A stretch of 64,000 bases of DNA from Raja brachyura (GCA_963514005.1 OY740787.1:38254001-38318000); one strand, 5' to 3'; positions 37,391 to 48,474 are shown, counted from the first letter of the stretch. Numbers and translations: made by a program. Notes: generated by a model from the letters alone, not told the origin.

Positions 37391-40305
37391 ATAAGGGGGG
37401 TGGGGTATCAAATGGGATAGTCGAGGACGGAGTTAGAGGGAAAGAGAGTAAAGCGATGGTTAATGACCCCAGAATTAACGGGGAAGAAAGCTCACAAAGA
37501 GATAGGAGAGTATGGCCAAGTGTAATAGGGATCGATGTGAAAGGGGCCACTTGTCAACATAATTGTATAAGGAGTAAGAGTGTTGTAAAAACAAGCCTGA
37601 AGGCTTTGTGTCTCAATGCGAGGAGCATTCGTAATAAGGTGGATGAGTTGAAGGTGCAGATAGCGATTAATGACTATGCTATAGTTGGAATCACGGAGAC
37701 TTGGCTCCAGGATGACCAAGGCTGGGAGCTGAACATCCAGGGATATTCAATATTCAGGAGAGATAGACGAAAAGGAAAAGGAGGTGGGGTAGCGTTGCTG
37801 GTGAGAGAGGAGATTAATGCAATAGAAAGGAAGGACATTAGCGTGGAGGATGTGGAATCGATATGGGTAGAGCTGCGAAACTCTAAGGGGCAGAAAACGC
37901 TAGTGGGAACTGTGTACAGGCCACCTAACAGTAGTATTGGAGTTGGGGATGGCATCAAACGGGAAATTAGAAATGCGTGCAACAAGGGTAACACGGTTAT
38001 AATGGGTGACTTCAATCTGCATGTAGATTGGGTGAATCAAATTGGCAGGGGTGCTGAGGAAGAGGATTTCCTGGAATGTATGCGGGATAGTTTTCTCAAC
38101 CAACATGTGGAGGAACCAACGAGAGAGCAGGCTATTCTAGACTGGGTATTGAGTAATGAGGAAGGGTTAGTTAGCAGTCTTGTTGTGCGTGGCCCCTTGG
38201 GCAAGAGTGACCATAATATGGTTGAGTTCTTCATTAGGATGGAGAGTGACAAAATTAAGTCAGAAACAAGGGTTCTGAACTTGAACAAAGGTAACTTTGA
38301 AGGTATGAGATGTGAATTGGCCAAGATAGACTGGCAGGTGATTCTTAAAGGGTTGACAGTGGATGTGCAATGGAAGGTATTTAAAGACTGCATGGATGAA
38401 GTACAAAAGTTGTTCATACCAGTTTGGCAAAAGAATAAATCGGGGAAGGTGGTGCATCCATGGATAACAAGGGAAATCAGGGATAGTATAAAAACAAAAG
38501 ATGAGGCATACAAATTTGCCAGAAAAAGCAGCCTACCGGAGGACTGGGAGAAATTCAGAATCCAGCAGAGGAGGACAAAGGGCTTAATTAGGAAAGGGAA
38601 AATAGATTATGAAAGGAAACTGGCAGGGAACATAAAAACTGACTGCAAAAGTTTTTATAGATATGTAAAGAGAAAGAGACTAGTTAAAACAAATGTTGGT
38701 CCCTTGCAGTCAGAAACAGGTGAATTGATCATGGGGAACAAGGACATGGCAGACCAATTGAATAACTACTTTGGTTCTGTCTTCACTAAGGAAGACATAA
38801 ATAATCTGCCGGAAATAGCAGTGGAACGGGGGTCAAATAAGATGGAGGAACTGAGTGAAATCCAGGTTAGCCGGGAGGTGGTGTTGGGTAAATTGAACGG
38901 ATTGAAGGCCGATAAATCCCCAGGGCCAGATAGTCTGCATCCCAGAGTACTCAAGGAGGTAGCCACAGAAATAGTGGATGCATTAGTGATAATTTTTCAA
39001 AATTCCTTAGATTCTGGAGTAGTTCCTGAGGATTGGAGGGTAGCTAATGTAACCCCACTTTTTAAAAAAGGAGGGAGAGAGAAAGCGGGGAATTACAGAC
39101 CAGTTAGTCTAACATCGGTAGTGGGGAAACTGCTAGAGTCAGTTATTAAAGATGGGATAGCAGCGCATTTGGAAAGTGGTGAAATCATTGGACAAAGTCA
39201 GCATGGATTTACGAAAGGTAAATCATGTCTGACAAATCTGATAGAATTTTTCGAGGATGTAACTAGTAGAGTGGATAAGGGAGAACCAGTGGATGTGTTA
39301 TATCTAGACTTTCAGAAGGCTTTCGACAAGGTCCCGCATAAGAGATTAGCATACAAACTTAAAGCACACGGTATTGCGGGTTCAGTATTGATGTGGATAG
39401 AGAACTGGCTAGCAGACAGGAGGCAAAGGGTAGGAGTAAACGGGCCCTTTTCAGAATGGCAGGCAGTGACTAGTGGGGTGCCGCAAGGCTCAGTGCTGGG
39501 ACCCCAGCTATTTACAATATATATTAATGATTTGGACGAGGGAATTCAATGCAACATCTCCAAATTTGCAGATGATACCAAGCTGGGGGGTATAGTTAGG
39601 TGTGAGGAGGATGCTTGGAGGCTGCAGGGTGATTTGGATAGGCTGAGTGAATGGGCAGATGCATGGCAGATGCAGTACAATGTGGATAAATGTGAGGTTA
39701 TCCACTTTGGTGGCAAAAACATGAGGGTAGACTATTATCTGAATGGTGGCAGATTAGGTAAGGGGGAGATGCAACGAAACCTGGGTGTCATGGTACACCA
39801 GTCATTGAAAGTAGGCATGCAGGTGCAGCAGGCAGTGAAGAAAGCAAATGGTATGTTAGCATTCATAGCGAAAGGATTTGAGTTTAGGAGCAGGGAGGTT
39901 CTACTGCAGTTGTACAGGGTTTTGGTGAGGCCACACCTGGAGTACTGCGTACAGTTTTGGTCTCCAAATCTGAGGAAAGACATCCTTGCCATAGAGGGGG
40001 TACAGAGAAGATTCACCAGACTGATTCCTGGGATGTCAGGACTTTCATATGAGGAAAGATTGGATAGACTCGGTTTGTACTCGATGGAATTTAGAAGATT
40101 GAGGGGGGATCTTATAGAAACCTACAAAATTCTTAAGGGGTTGGACAAGCTAGATGCTGGGAGATTGTTCCCGATGTTGGGGGAGTCCAGAACAAGGGGT
40201 CACAGTCTAAGGATAAGGGGGAATTCCTTTAGGACCGAAATGAGGAAAACATTCTTTACAGAGAGTGGTGAGTCTCTGGAATTCTCTGCCACAGAAGGTA
40301 GTTGA
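37330..40305 (+). CDS. CR1 ORF2p: APE endonuclease plus reverse transcriptase (C-terminal frameshift near 40260)
   Basis: LNARS, GITETW, YRPP, GDFN, SDH endonuclease motifs; NYRPVSL, QHGF, DFQKAFD, GVPQGSVLGP, FADD RT motifs. Versus the 19043 copy it lacks 2 nt at ~40260; the family stop would be 40400-40402. Confidence 0.95.
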   Translation: MGDQHSGRQVCHCYTDGFKLNKGGGVSNGIVEDGVRGKESKAMVNDPRINGEESSQRDRRVWPSVIGIDVKGATCQHNCIRSKSVVKTSLKALCLNARSIRNKVDELKVQIAINDYAIVGITETWLQDDQGWELNIQGYSIFRRDRRKGKGGGVALLVREEINAIERKDISVEDVESIWVELRNSKGQKTLVGTVYRPPNSSIGVGDGIKREIRNACNKGNTVIMGDFNLHVDWVNQIGRGAEEEDFLECMRDSFLNQHVEEPTREQAILDWVLSNEEGLVSSLVVRGPLGKSDHNMVEFFIRMESDKIKSETRVLNLNKGNFEGMRCELAKIDWQVILKGLTVDVQWKVFKDCMDEVQKLFIPVWQKNKSGKVVHPWITREIRDSIKTKDEAYKFARKSSLPEDWEKFRIQQRRTKGLIRKGKIDYERKLAGNIKTDCKSFYRYVKRKRLVKTNVGPLQSETGELIMGNKDMADQLNNYFGSVFTKEDINNLPEIAVERGSNKMEELSEIQVSREVVLGKLNGLKADKSPGPDSLHPRVLKEVATEIVDALVIIFQNSLDSGVVPEDWRVANVTPLFKKGGREKAGNYRPVSLTSVVGKLLESVIKDGIAAHLESGEIIGQSQHGFTKGKSCLTNLIEFFEDVTSRVDKGEPVDVLYLDFQKAFDKVPHKRLAYKLKAHGIAGSVLMWIENWLADRRQRVGVNGPFSEWQAVTSGVPQGSVLGPQLFTIYINDLDEGIQCNISKFADDTKLGGIVRCEEDAWRLQGDLDRLSEWADAWQMQYNVDKCEVIHFGGKNMRVDYYLNGGRLGKGEMQRNLGVMVHQSLKVGMQVQQAVKKANGMLAFIAKGFEFRSREVLLQLYRVLVRPHLEYCVQFWSPNLRKDILAIEGVQRRFTRLIPGMSGLSYEERLDRLGLYSMEFRRLRGDLIETYKILKGLDKLDAGRLFPMLGESRTRGHSLRIRGNSFRTEMRKTFFTESGESLEFSATEGS

Positions 40306-41031
40306 GGCCAGTTCATTGGCTATATTTAAGAGGGCGTTAGATGTGGCACTTGTGGCTAAAGGGATCAGGGGGTATGGAGAGAAGGCAGGTACGGGATACT
40401 GAGTTGGATGATCAGCCATGATCACATTGAATGGCGGTGCAGGCTCGAAGGGCCGAATGGCCTACTCCTGCACCTATTTTCTATGTTTCTATGTTTCTAA
40501 GTCAGGGTTGCTGCAGAGTGAGCGGAGGGCTGTACATTCATGGGGGAGAGGTTAGAGTAAGTAAGGCGAGTAGAAAGGTTGAGGCAGTTGATGTCCCACC
40601 GGTAGTCGGAAATGAAAAGGTCTAAAGTAGGTAGAGAGCCATTCGGGAGAGTCTAAGAGGAGGGGGTCTGGTGGAGACAGGAGAAGGGGTCATCGCTGGG
40701 TGGTGAGGACCTCTTCCCATAGAAATAGGCATGGAGGCGGAGGTGACGGAAGAAGAACTTTAGATCATGGCAGACCTGGAACTCGTTGAGGTAGGGGCGG
40801 AGGGGAACAAAGGTGAGGCCTCTGCTGAGGACAGATCGTTCCGTATCAGAAAGGGGGAAGTCAGAGGGGATGGTGAATGCACGGCAAATGGTAAATCCCT
40901 TTTACTTTCTCCATGCTAAAAAGAGAAAACCAGGTCTGCTTAATGGATAACATGGGTTACAACTTAAATCTTATTCTGGGCCTACTGTGTTCCTCTTCTG
41001 ACAGATCAGAACATTAGTATGAAACTAAGGT

Positions 41032-41237
41032 AGACTAAAATGCTGGAGAAACTCAGCGGGTGCGGCCGCGTCTATGGAGCGAAGGAAATAGGCAACGTTT
41101 CGGACCAAAACCCTTCTTTAGGGTTTTGGCCCGAAACGTTGCCAATTTCCTTCGCTCCATAGATGCTGCCGCACCCGCTGAGTTTCTCCAGCAATTTTGT
41201 CTACCTTTGATTTTCCAGCAACTGCAGTTCCTTCCTC
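41032..41237. mobile_element. Penelope-derived fold-back element with TSD
   Basis: Inverted arms of ~85 bp meeting at cccttcttta|gggtttt; direct repeat AGTATGAAACTAAGGT at 41016-41031 and 41238-41253. Confidence 0.88.
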
Positions 41238-41289
41238 AGTATGAAACTAAGGTTTCCTGAGGAAACTCCGCAGACTTCAGGTTCACCAG

Positions 41290-41808
41290 TCAGTCCTGAC
41301 AGCTTTTTACAAATGTTTTATTGAATCAGTAATAACCTTCAATATGTCAGCCTGGTTTGGATAACTATCCAACATCCATCGCAACCCACTAAACAAAATC
41401 ATATCAGTGAGCAGTAAAACAATCGGGCTGGAGCAGGAACCACTGATCAGTATTTACAATAGAAGGACTAAACTAAAAGGAACACAAATATCCTCAGACA
41501 CCGCTCACTCACTCACTGCACCAATACAGTCGTCTACCCACAGGCCAGAGATACAGGTCACTCACATTCAGGACTAAGAGAGCCATGTCGAGTTTCGTGC
41601 CTCATCCATTAGACTCGTGAATAGTTGATTTATTTATTTATTTATTTATACATTTTTAACATTATTTTAATGTTTTTATTGCCTGGACCACTGGTATGTG
41701 ATGCGTGTGGTATATTGTGTTGTGCTGCTGGGTATGTGAACTGTACACACACTGATGTTCTGCACAAATGAAGTTCCTAACGGATAAATAAAGTTGATTG
41801 AAATTGAG
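41290..41808 (+). mobile_element. Rex1/Babar LINE 3' fragment
   Basis: FYKCFIESVITFNMSAWFG at ~41305-41362; ends aataaagttgattgaaattga. Confidence 0.7.
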
Positions 41809-42934
41809 ATATCAGGATCCTTTCGGAGAGTGAAATTGTCTTTCAAGTGCAGCAATAGATCAATTGAACAATCATCTAGTGAGGGTCCATTATTACAGAG
41901 AAATTGTTGGAATGAATCATCTTTTAGTTACATTGCCTCTAGTGCTTCGGGGAGATGAGTGTAGGCTGTGATGATTCTCAATGAGTTCCTGTCACTTTCT
42001 CCTGTGGGGAGTTTGTCCACCTGTCCGCTGTGTCTGACCTTACTTGTTAAAGATTGGGAGTACTTTGTTGTCAATAAGTGCAGCCAGTAATCACCTTAGA
42101 GGTGGCAGTGGCACCCTGAAAATGAAGCCGAGTTTAAAAAAAGACAAGTAGCTGGATTCTCGGACCTTGGCTTTCTGGCCAAGCAAGAATCTTCAGCTAG
42201 GTGACAGTTGTTGCAGGATATTTTATTACAATTGTAGGCTGTGAATTAATGAAGGAATGTAAAATACAGTATAATTCTAAACCTAATGTACGGCAGGGAA
42301 TGAGTTACAGACTAGTCTAATCAAGGACTTTATATAATGTGTAGTAATAAAGATATGGAGCTGTACAGCACGGAAACAGGCCCTTAGGGCTACCTTTCCC
42401 ATGCCAACGTTTAGCATGCTGGGCTGATCCCATTTACCTGCATTTGGCCTATGGCCCTCGAAAACTTATGTATCCATATAGCTGTTCAAGGCTGGTGGAT
42501 ACCAGAGAATGAATTACAGGCAGAAATGTAATTTTACTTCGGAGTCACGCGAGTGACTAGGTGAAGAAGCCCCACCAGGCGGATGCTCGGCATTACGTCG
42601 ACGCATGTCGGTAAGGAATGGGCTGCAGATCGCAGCTCCACCAGCGGTGAGTAACAGGCCCGCAGGTAAGTGGGTTGAAATTACTTCCTGGGTAGAAACT
42701 CCGTGACGCTGGCTGGAATAGCCAAGGTGAGTTGGGAAGTTTAAAAAAATAATAATTTTTAAAAATGGACACGGTAAAAAAAATCGGTGCGGGGAAAGCG
42801 CGTCCCGGCTGGAAACACATTTAAGATCGGGACCACAGATTAGTACGGAGCCGGTTCCAATACCGGTAGCCGTTGACCCTGCCGTAGTTCAGCCTTTAGA
42901 TGCTCCACAGCCACAGGCCACGAAGGGTACTCCA

Positions 42935-43562
42935 GTGGAGGACTTGCATGTTCAATTACAAGTAGACAATACCACAGCTGTAGCATATATCAATTACATG
43001 GGTGGAGTAAGATCAGTATCATGTGATCATCTGGTCAACCTGATGTGGAATTGGTGTGTATCTAGGAATATCTGGCTTTCAGCTATCTATCTCCCAGGGA
43101 AAGACAATGTTGTGGCAGACAACAGATCACGGGAGTTTAAACACAATACAAAATGGATGTTAAATCCACAAATTTTCCAAAAAATTGTCAATCGGTATGG
43201 TGTACCAGACATTGATCTGTTTGCGTCCAGATTAAATCACCAATTGCCTAAATACGTGTCATGGGAGCCTGACCCAGGAGCTGTAGCATTGGAAGCATTC
43301 TCGCTACATTGGGGAATTTTCTATGCTTTTCCCCCATTTTTGCCTGATTGGGCAATACCTCAGTAAAATAGAGCAAGACTCTGCCACGAGTGTTTTGGTG
43401 GTTCCAAACTGGCCTACACAGCCATGGTTCCCATTGATGCTTAGAATGATAATTGAACCATTTATGACGATTCCCAGCTCCAGGGATTTGTTGGTACAAC
43501 CAGTGACCGAACAAGTTCATCCATTGCATGATCATATGAATTTGTTCATCTGCAGGTTCTGA
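42935..43562 (+). pseudogene. DIRS RNase H end plus methyltransferase-like domain (frameshifted)
   Basis: ORFs 42935-43366 and 43323-43562: NVVADNRSR, IDLFASRLN, EAFSLHWG.FYAFPP, VPNWPTQPWFP. Confidence 0.85.
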
Positions 43563-43600
43563 CCAGACCATTACAAGGGCTTGGACTGTCGGATAGGACC

Positions 43601-44524
43601 ATGGATGTCATAACGTCAGCTTGGAGAGACAGCACTAAGAAACAATATGTCTCACATAAAGAAATGGTAAGTTTTTTGTACTGTCAGATATATCTTATCA
43701 TACTGCAAACATATCGGATGTATTGGTGTTCCTTGCTATGTTACATTTTGATGAGCACCTTAGTTATAGTGCCATTAATAGCGCTCGTAGTGCTTTGTAT
43801 TCCTATTGACGACAATTTTCAGAACATCTATCTATCGGGTCTCATCCATTAATATCACGATTTATGAGAGGGATTTTAATTAAAAAAATCCTCCCAAACC
43901 CAGATATAAAGAAATTTGGGATGTTAGTATAGTTCTCACATTGCTTCAGCAATGGGCTCCAATTACGTCACTGTCTTTTCAGAAATTAACATTTAAAGTA
44001 GTAATGCTTATGGCATTAGTGTCAGCACAAAGAATACAAACATTGCGAATGTTACGTTTAGATTGTATGCATTTGTCTGCAGATAACATTACTTTTTATG
44101 TTTATGATCTAATCAAACAAAGCAGACTGGGGAAGTCTGGAACCAAGACTCTTTAGAGCATATCCAGTCGACCAAACATTGTGTGTGGTTAAGCATCTGA
44201 CTCAATATATTGAAGTAACCAAGAGTCTCAGAGGTTGTGAGACAACAATGCTTATTGCCCATAAAAAACCATACAAAAAAGTATCAGTACAAACTATTTC
44301 TAGATGGTTAAACAGGTTTGGATTTGGCTGGAGTAGACACTGATGTGTTTAAATCCCACGCCACCAGGGCAGCGTCCACGTCCGCGGCGATGGCACAGGA
44401 CGTGCCGCTCGACCAAATTTTAGAGGCCGCAGGGTGGTGTAAAGAAGAAACTTTTTCCAAGTTTTACAATAAACCTGTTATCATGGTGCCAGAGTTTGGA
44501 CATGCAGTGTTGGGTTCTGTTTGA
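43601..44524 (+). pseudogene. DIRS tyrosine recombinase (frameshifted)
   Basis: AWRDSTKKQY, LVSAQRIQTL, HATRAASTS, AAGW, FSKFYNK. Confidence 0.88.
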
Positions 44525-45302
44525 TTATTTGTTTTCTTTTATGTAATGATTCATATCTTTTGTTGTAATTTCCCCTATGATAGAGGGGTATTACTTTTCT
44601 TTCTTTTATTATTATTAAAATACTTATTGCATTATTCAAGCAATGTTCAATAATATTATTTACTCACTACTGTGTCAACTGAAGCAGTGTGTCGTATGGA
44701 CTGAATCTACAGCATGAAAATCACAGAGCTTCAAAATCTTCACATAGTCACTCACGTGACTCCGAAGTAAAATAGTAAGATTAAACGAGAACTGACCTGT
44801 TCGAAGTTTGATCTTTATTTTATGAGGAGTTACGATGAGGGATTACATGCCCTCCGCTCCCGACCCTCATAATCTAAACTATCATCTGGTAGTTCTAGTC
44901 TTGTGTGAGCCTTACTATCTTACTTCAGCTATTGGTTCTGTGATTTTCACGCCGCTGCTATGAAGTATGCCGAGCATGCGCCTGGCGGGGCTTCTTCACG
45001 TAATCCCTCATCGTAACTCCTCATAAAATAAAGATCAAACTTCGAACAGGTAAGTTCTCGTTTAATCTTACTATTAAATCTTAGTATGCTATATATACAC
45101 CAGTTGATAATGCAATCTGAGATTTGTGTTAATCAAGAGGCTTTGATGGTCTTTGATAACTTGCACCTTTGAGATTTAAGGGCAGCCGACCTTTGGTGGT
45201 GCTGGTGACCTGGCCTGTCATTTGGTACGATCCAGATTGAGAAGTGTGACCTGACTGTTTTCAGAGCACTCAGAGGCAAGAAAGAGATACCTCACTTTAG
45301 GA

Positions 45303-45438
45303 TGTGTAGGAAGGAACTACAGATGCTGATTTACATCAAAGATAGACTAGTGTAGCTGGCAGGAGCAGAAATTGCTATCAAAACATGGGGGGGGGGACAC
45401 ACAATGTCTTGATGGCCGCACGTGCACACACACACGCA

Positions 45439-45491
<53 letters not shown>

Positions 45492-46278
45492 CTTCGGCCG
45501 TGGACGGTAACATCGGGGGCTGACCTGGTTGGTGACCGACTCCAAATTCCAGCAACAGCAGCTTCATCCACCCCGAATCGTGGGGCTTGAATCGGCCCAT
45601 TCGCAGGGCCTTTCATCGCCCGGCGCGGCTTAAAATCGGCCGTGGGATCTTCCATCGCCCAGCGGGGGCTTCAACATCGGGAGCCTCGATCGCATCGACG
45701 CAGCAATTTGACCGCGGGGCGATGGAAAGGCCCCGGGAAGTGGCCAAAACAAGCTCTGCTCTATGATCATTGCTCCACCAGGACATCTCCCTCCTCCAAT
45801 CATCGCGCTCTGTCCTCAGTCCAACCTCCCACTTCCGCCTCTGACCAATACCTCCCTCCTCCAATCATCGCGCTAAATCATCATGCCCACCCCCGCTGGT
45901 GACTGGTGTCTCTCTCGTCCAATTGCCACCCTCAGTCATCAGTCACACCCCCACTGTCTCGCGGAAAGCGGAGATTTTTTAATAGATTTTTTTCACCGAA
46001 TTTAAAAATTCCGATTACAAAACATGGGGGGGGGGGGGGGGGGTTATCCCCACCTCTCAAAACATGGAGGGGACGTGTCACCTTGTCCACACTCCTGGGA
46101 TTTCCACTCATGGTAGCTGGGACATATTGGCCGGTGTGGGCAAGATAGGCCGAAGGGCCTGTTCCCACACTGTATCACTATGATGCTATAGACACAAAAT
46201 GCTGGAGTAAATCAGCGGGTCAGGTTGTATCTCTGGAGGAATAGGTGACATTTCAGGTTGAGACCCTTCTTCAGATTG
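45303..46278 (-). mobile_element. Penelope terminal arm split by a CR1 tail (45348-46187), itself split by a hAT MITE
   Basis: tgtgtaggaaggaactacagatgctg...gatagac | acaaaatgctggagtaa...gagacccttcttcag; ATAGAC duplicated at 45342-45347 and 46188-46193. Confidence 0.75.
45360..46112. mobile_element. hAT-type non-autonomous transposon containing (CA)n and poly-G tracts
   Basis: Imperfect TIR CAGGAGCAGAAAT / CATGAGTGGAAAT; perfect 8-bp TSD GTAGCTGG (45352-45359, 46113-46120). Confidence 0.8.
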
Positions 46279-47159
46279 TGCCCTTGTATATATTTTAGAT
46301 ACTCTGGATCACAATTAAATTAAGAGCAGCAAGGAAAACTGCCCTCTCACTCTGGGGTAATCTCTCAATGAATAAAGCTTCTCACTGTTGCACCTGCAGA
46401 TGGTTGCCAAGGTAATCTTTCACGACGACAATAATTTCCATGTTGCCAAGGCTACGCTGCACATTCTTGATATGAGATTTCTGTATTCCATTGTTGGTTC
46501 CAGGATACTGGTGACACGTGACCAGGGCTGGATGGATTTGGAATAAACCTTGAAATAAGGTAATCAGAATGGATTTCAGCTTTAAAAAGGTGAGGAAATG
46601 GTCCAAATATCGAGGGTTCAGTGGAGTTGTAAGGAATTATATTCCTGCTGAGTTTGACAGCATGTCAATCTGCCTTGGCAATAAATTACTGTCCGAAGAG
46701 ACAAGAGTGTATGAAAGCACTGGGTAAAAAGAAACCAAAGGAAAGGCAGTCAAATATACAGTATGTCACACTTCATAATGCCTGGCTGGGCTGTCTAGAT
46801 ACTGTAGTAAACTAAATCTCTCCTATTATATACAAACTGAGCCCTGTGTATTATAGAATGAGTTGCAGTCTGGAATCTCATCATGGGAAACAAATGATCT
46901 GGGCAAGGAAATGGATATCAGAGAATGATTATCCCAGCAAGTTAGAGCACGCCGATAAATCTGCCACGCATGTGGTGCTGTAATCCCACAGGGGTGTGTG
47001 AGGCAGAGGTGTGCAGATGTGTGAAATTAGAATCAGTTAGGAGCTTCACAGGTGCCCAGCCAGCGCCAGGCTCTGTCAGGGGCAAACATCGAGCAATTAA
47101 CATAATGATCACACTTAAAGCTCATTGGAGCAGACAGATGTGGGGAGGAGGCTCGGAAA

Positions 47160-47535
47160 CCAGGAGCTTGCCTTCTTCAGTTGGGGCATTGAGTATAAGA
47201 GTCAGGTAGTCATGATGCAGCTTTATAGGTCTTTGGTTCAACCACATTTGAAGTATTGCATGCAGTTCTGGTCGCCCCAGTACAGGAAGGATGTTGGAGG
47301 CTTTGGTAAAGGTGCAGAGGAGGTTTACCAAATTGCTACCAGGATTAGTTTTTAGCTACTGGGAGAGGTTGGACAGGCTTGGATTGTTTTCTCTGGAAGG
47401 CTGGAGGTGGATGAGTGCCACATAAAAGTACATTAAATTATGAGAGGCATAGATAGGGTAGACAGTCAGAACCTTTATCCCAGGATGAAAAAAATCAAAT
47501 AATATCGGGTGACAGGGGGCAAAGTTTAAAGGAGA
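47160..47535 (+). mobile_element. Degenerate CR1 ORF2 3' fragment (host of the Helitron)
   Basis: LAFFSWGIEYKSQVVMMQLYRSLVQPHLKYCMQFWSPQYRKDV. Confidence 0.8.
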
Positions 47536-48474
47536 CTAGACTAAGTAGGAACCATTGGGTCCCAGTTACATGGGTGGCCTGGTCCCCCAACGCAACCCAT
47601 TCGCCAATGTGGGTGTGGGGGAAGGGGGAGTGGTGTGGGGAAGGGGGAGTGGTGTGGGGAAGGGGGAGTGGTGTGGGGAAGGGGGAGTGGTGTGGGGAAG
47701 GGGGAGTGGTGTGGGGGAAGGGGGGGTAATGGGCAGGAGGGTGATGGGGAGGGGGGGTGATGGGGAGGCCTGGTGGGGGGGGGAGGCCTGGTGGGGGGGG
47801 GGAGGCCTGGTGGGGGGGGGGAGGCCTGGTGGGGGGAGGCCTGGGGGGGGGGAGGCCTGGGGGGGGCGGGGGGGGGAAGGCCTGGGGGGGAGGCCTGGGG
47901 GGGGGGGAAGGCCTGGGGGGGACGGAGGGGGGGACGAGGGGGGTGGGTGAAGGGGGGGAGGTGAAAGGGGGGAGGTGAAAGGGGGGAGATGAAAGGGGGG
48001 AATGGAGGTGAAGGGGGGTGTCAGTGGTCACAGCAGATGCAGCTCACACTGCTCACCCTGCACTCTGCTCACCCAGTACCTTCAGCTTTCAGCCTCATGC
48101 AGTAGCTTCCGGTCCCACTCCGACTTCACTCAGAGCCTCGTTGTGCTTGTCACCACAGAAGCAGCCCGCTGCTCTCTGCCCGCACACTGCTCACGGACTC
48201 AGCTCCGCCTCTGGGGTTTTATTGTCCGCGTGTGCCAGGATGCGCATTACCTTCATGGTGACAGACAGGGGAGAAGACCAATCTGCTGATCTCACTATTT
48301 TTTAAACCTTCAAAACTTAAGTAATATTCCACTGATCGGAACAAAACTTGGTGTGCTTGGAGCAGAGAATGGTGAGTAAGGTGGTGAAAAAATACTATCT
48401 ATATATGGTCCCGTTTGTGCACAAATTTAAAAAAAATGCAAACGGGAAGATGAAAGTTTCAGTAATAGTATAAG
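47536..48474 (-). mobile_element. Non-autonomous Helitron-like element with G-rich minisatellite (47610-48020)
   Basis: Minus-strand 3' end gggacccaatggttcct (imperfect hairpin) acttagt CTAG|T at 47536; no TSD; 5' region homologous to 33240-33529. Confidence 0.72.

Larger units (their letters stand above)
35546..40498 (+). mobile_element. Full-length CR1-clade LINE, near intact
   Basis: Tandem-repeat 5' UTR, ORF1, ORF2 and (tttctatg)n tail; 5-bp TSD AAGTC at 35541-35545 and 40499-40503. Confidence 0.95.
34917..40886 (-). mobile_element. Degenerate Penelope-like element split by the full-length CR1
   Basis: Minus strand: ERSVLSRGLTFVP (40800-40845), SLCSNPD|LIIKPTD across the CR1 site, FYLLPKIPK..PGRPIVS (35295-35350), KLEEQHL...NIDFSNFK* (35103-35190, GIY-YIG ORF end) and the pLTR arm at 34920-35000; internally deleted. 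Confidence 0.85.
42532..45073 (+). mobile_element. DIRS1-type element, internally deleted (no gag/RT)
   Basis: Left end ttttacttcggagtcacg; ICR ~44738-44848; right end ...gtttaatcttacta; retains VDNTTAVAYI, IDLFASRLN, FYAFPP and YR (HATRAAS, AAGW, KFYNK); homologous to 22845-27703. Confidence 0.92.

Noticed and set aside
36538-40016. Multiple antisense ORFs within the CR1
   Set aside because: Expected shadow ORFs opposite a long coding sequence; no independent motifs.
47495-48031. Proline-rich 178-aa ORF
   Set aside because: Low-complexity G/C array inside a Helitron-like element.
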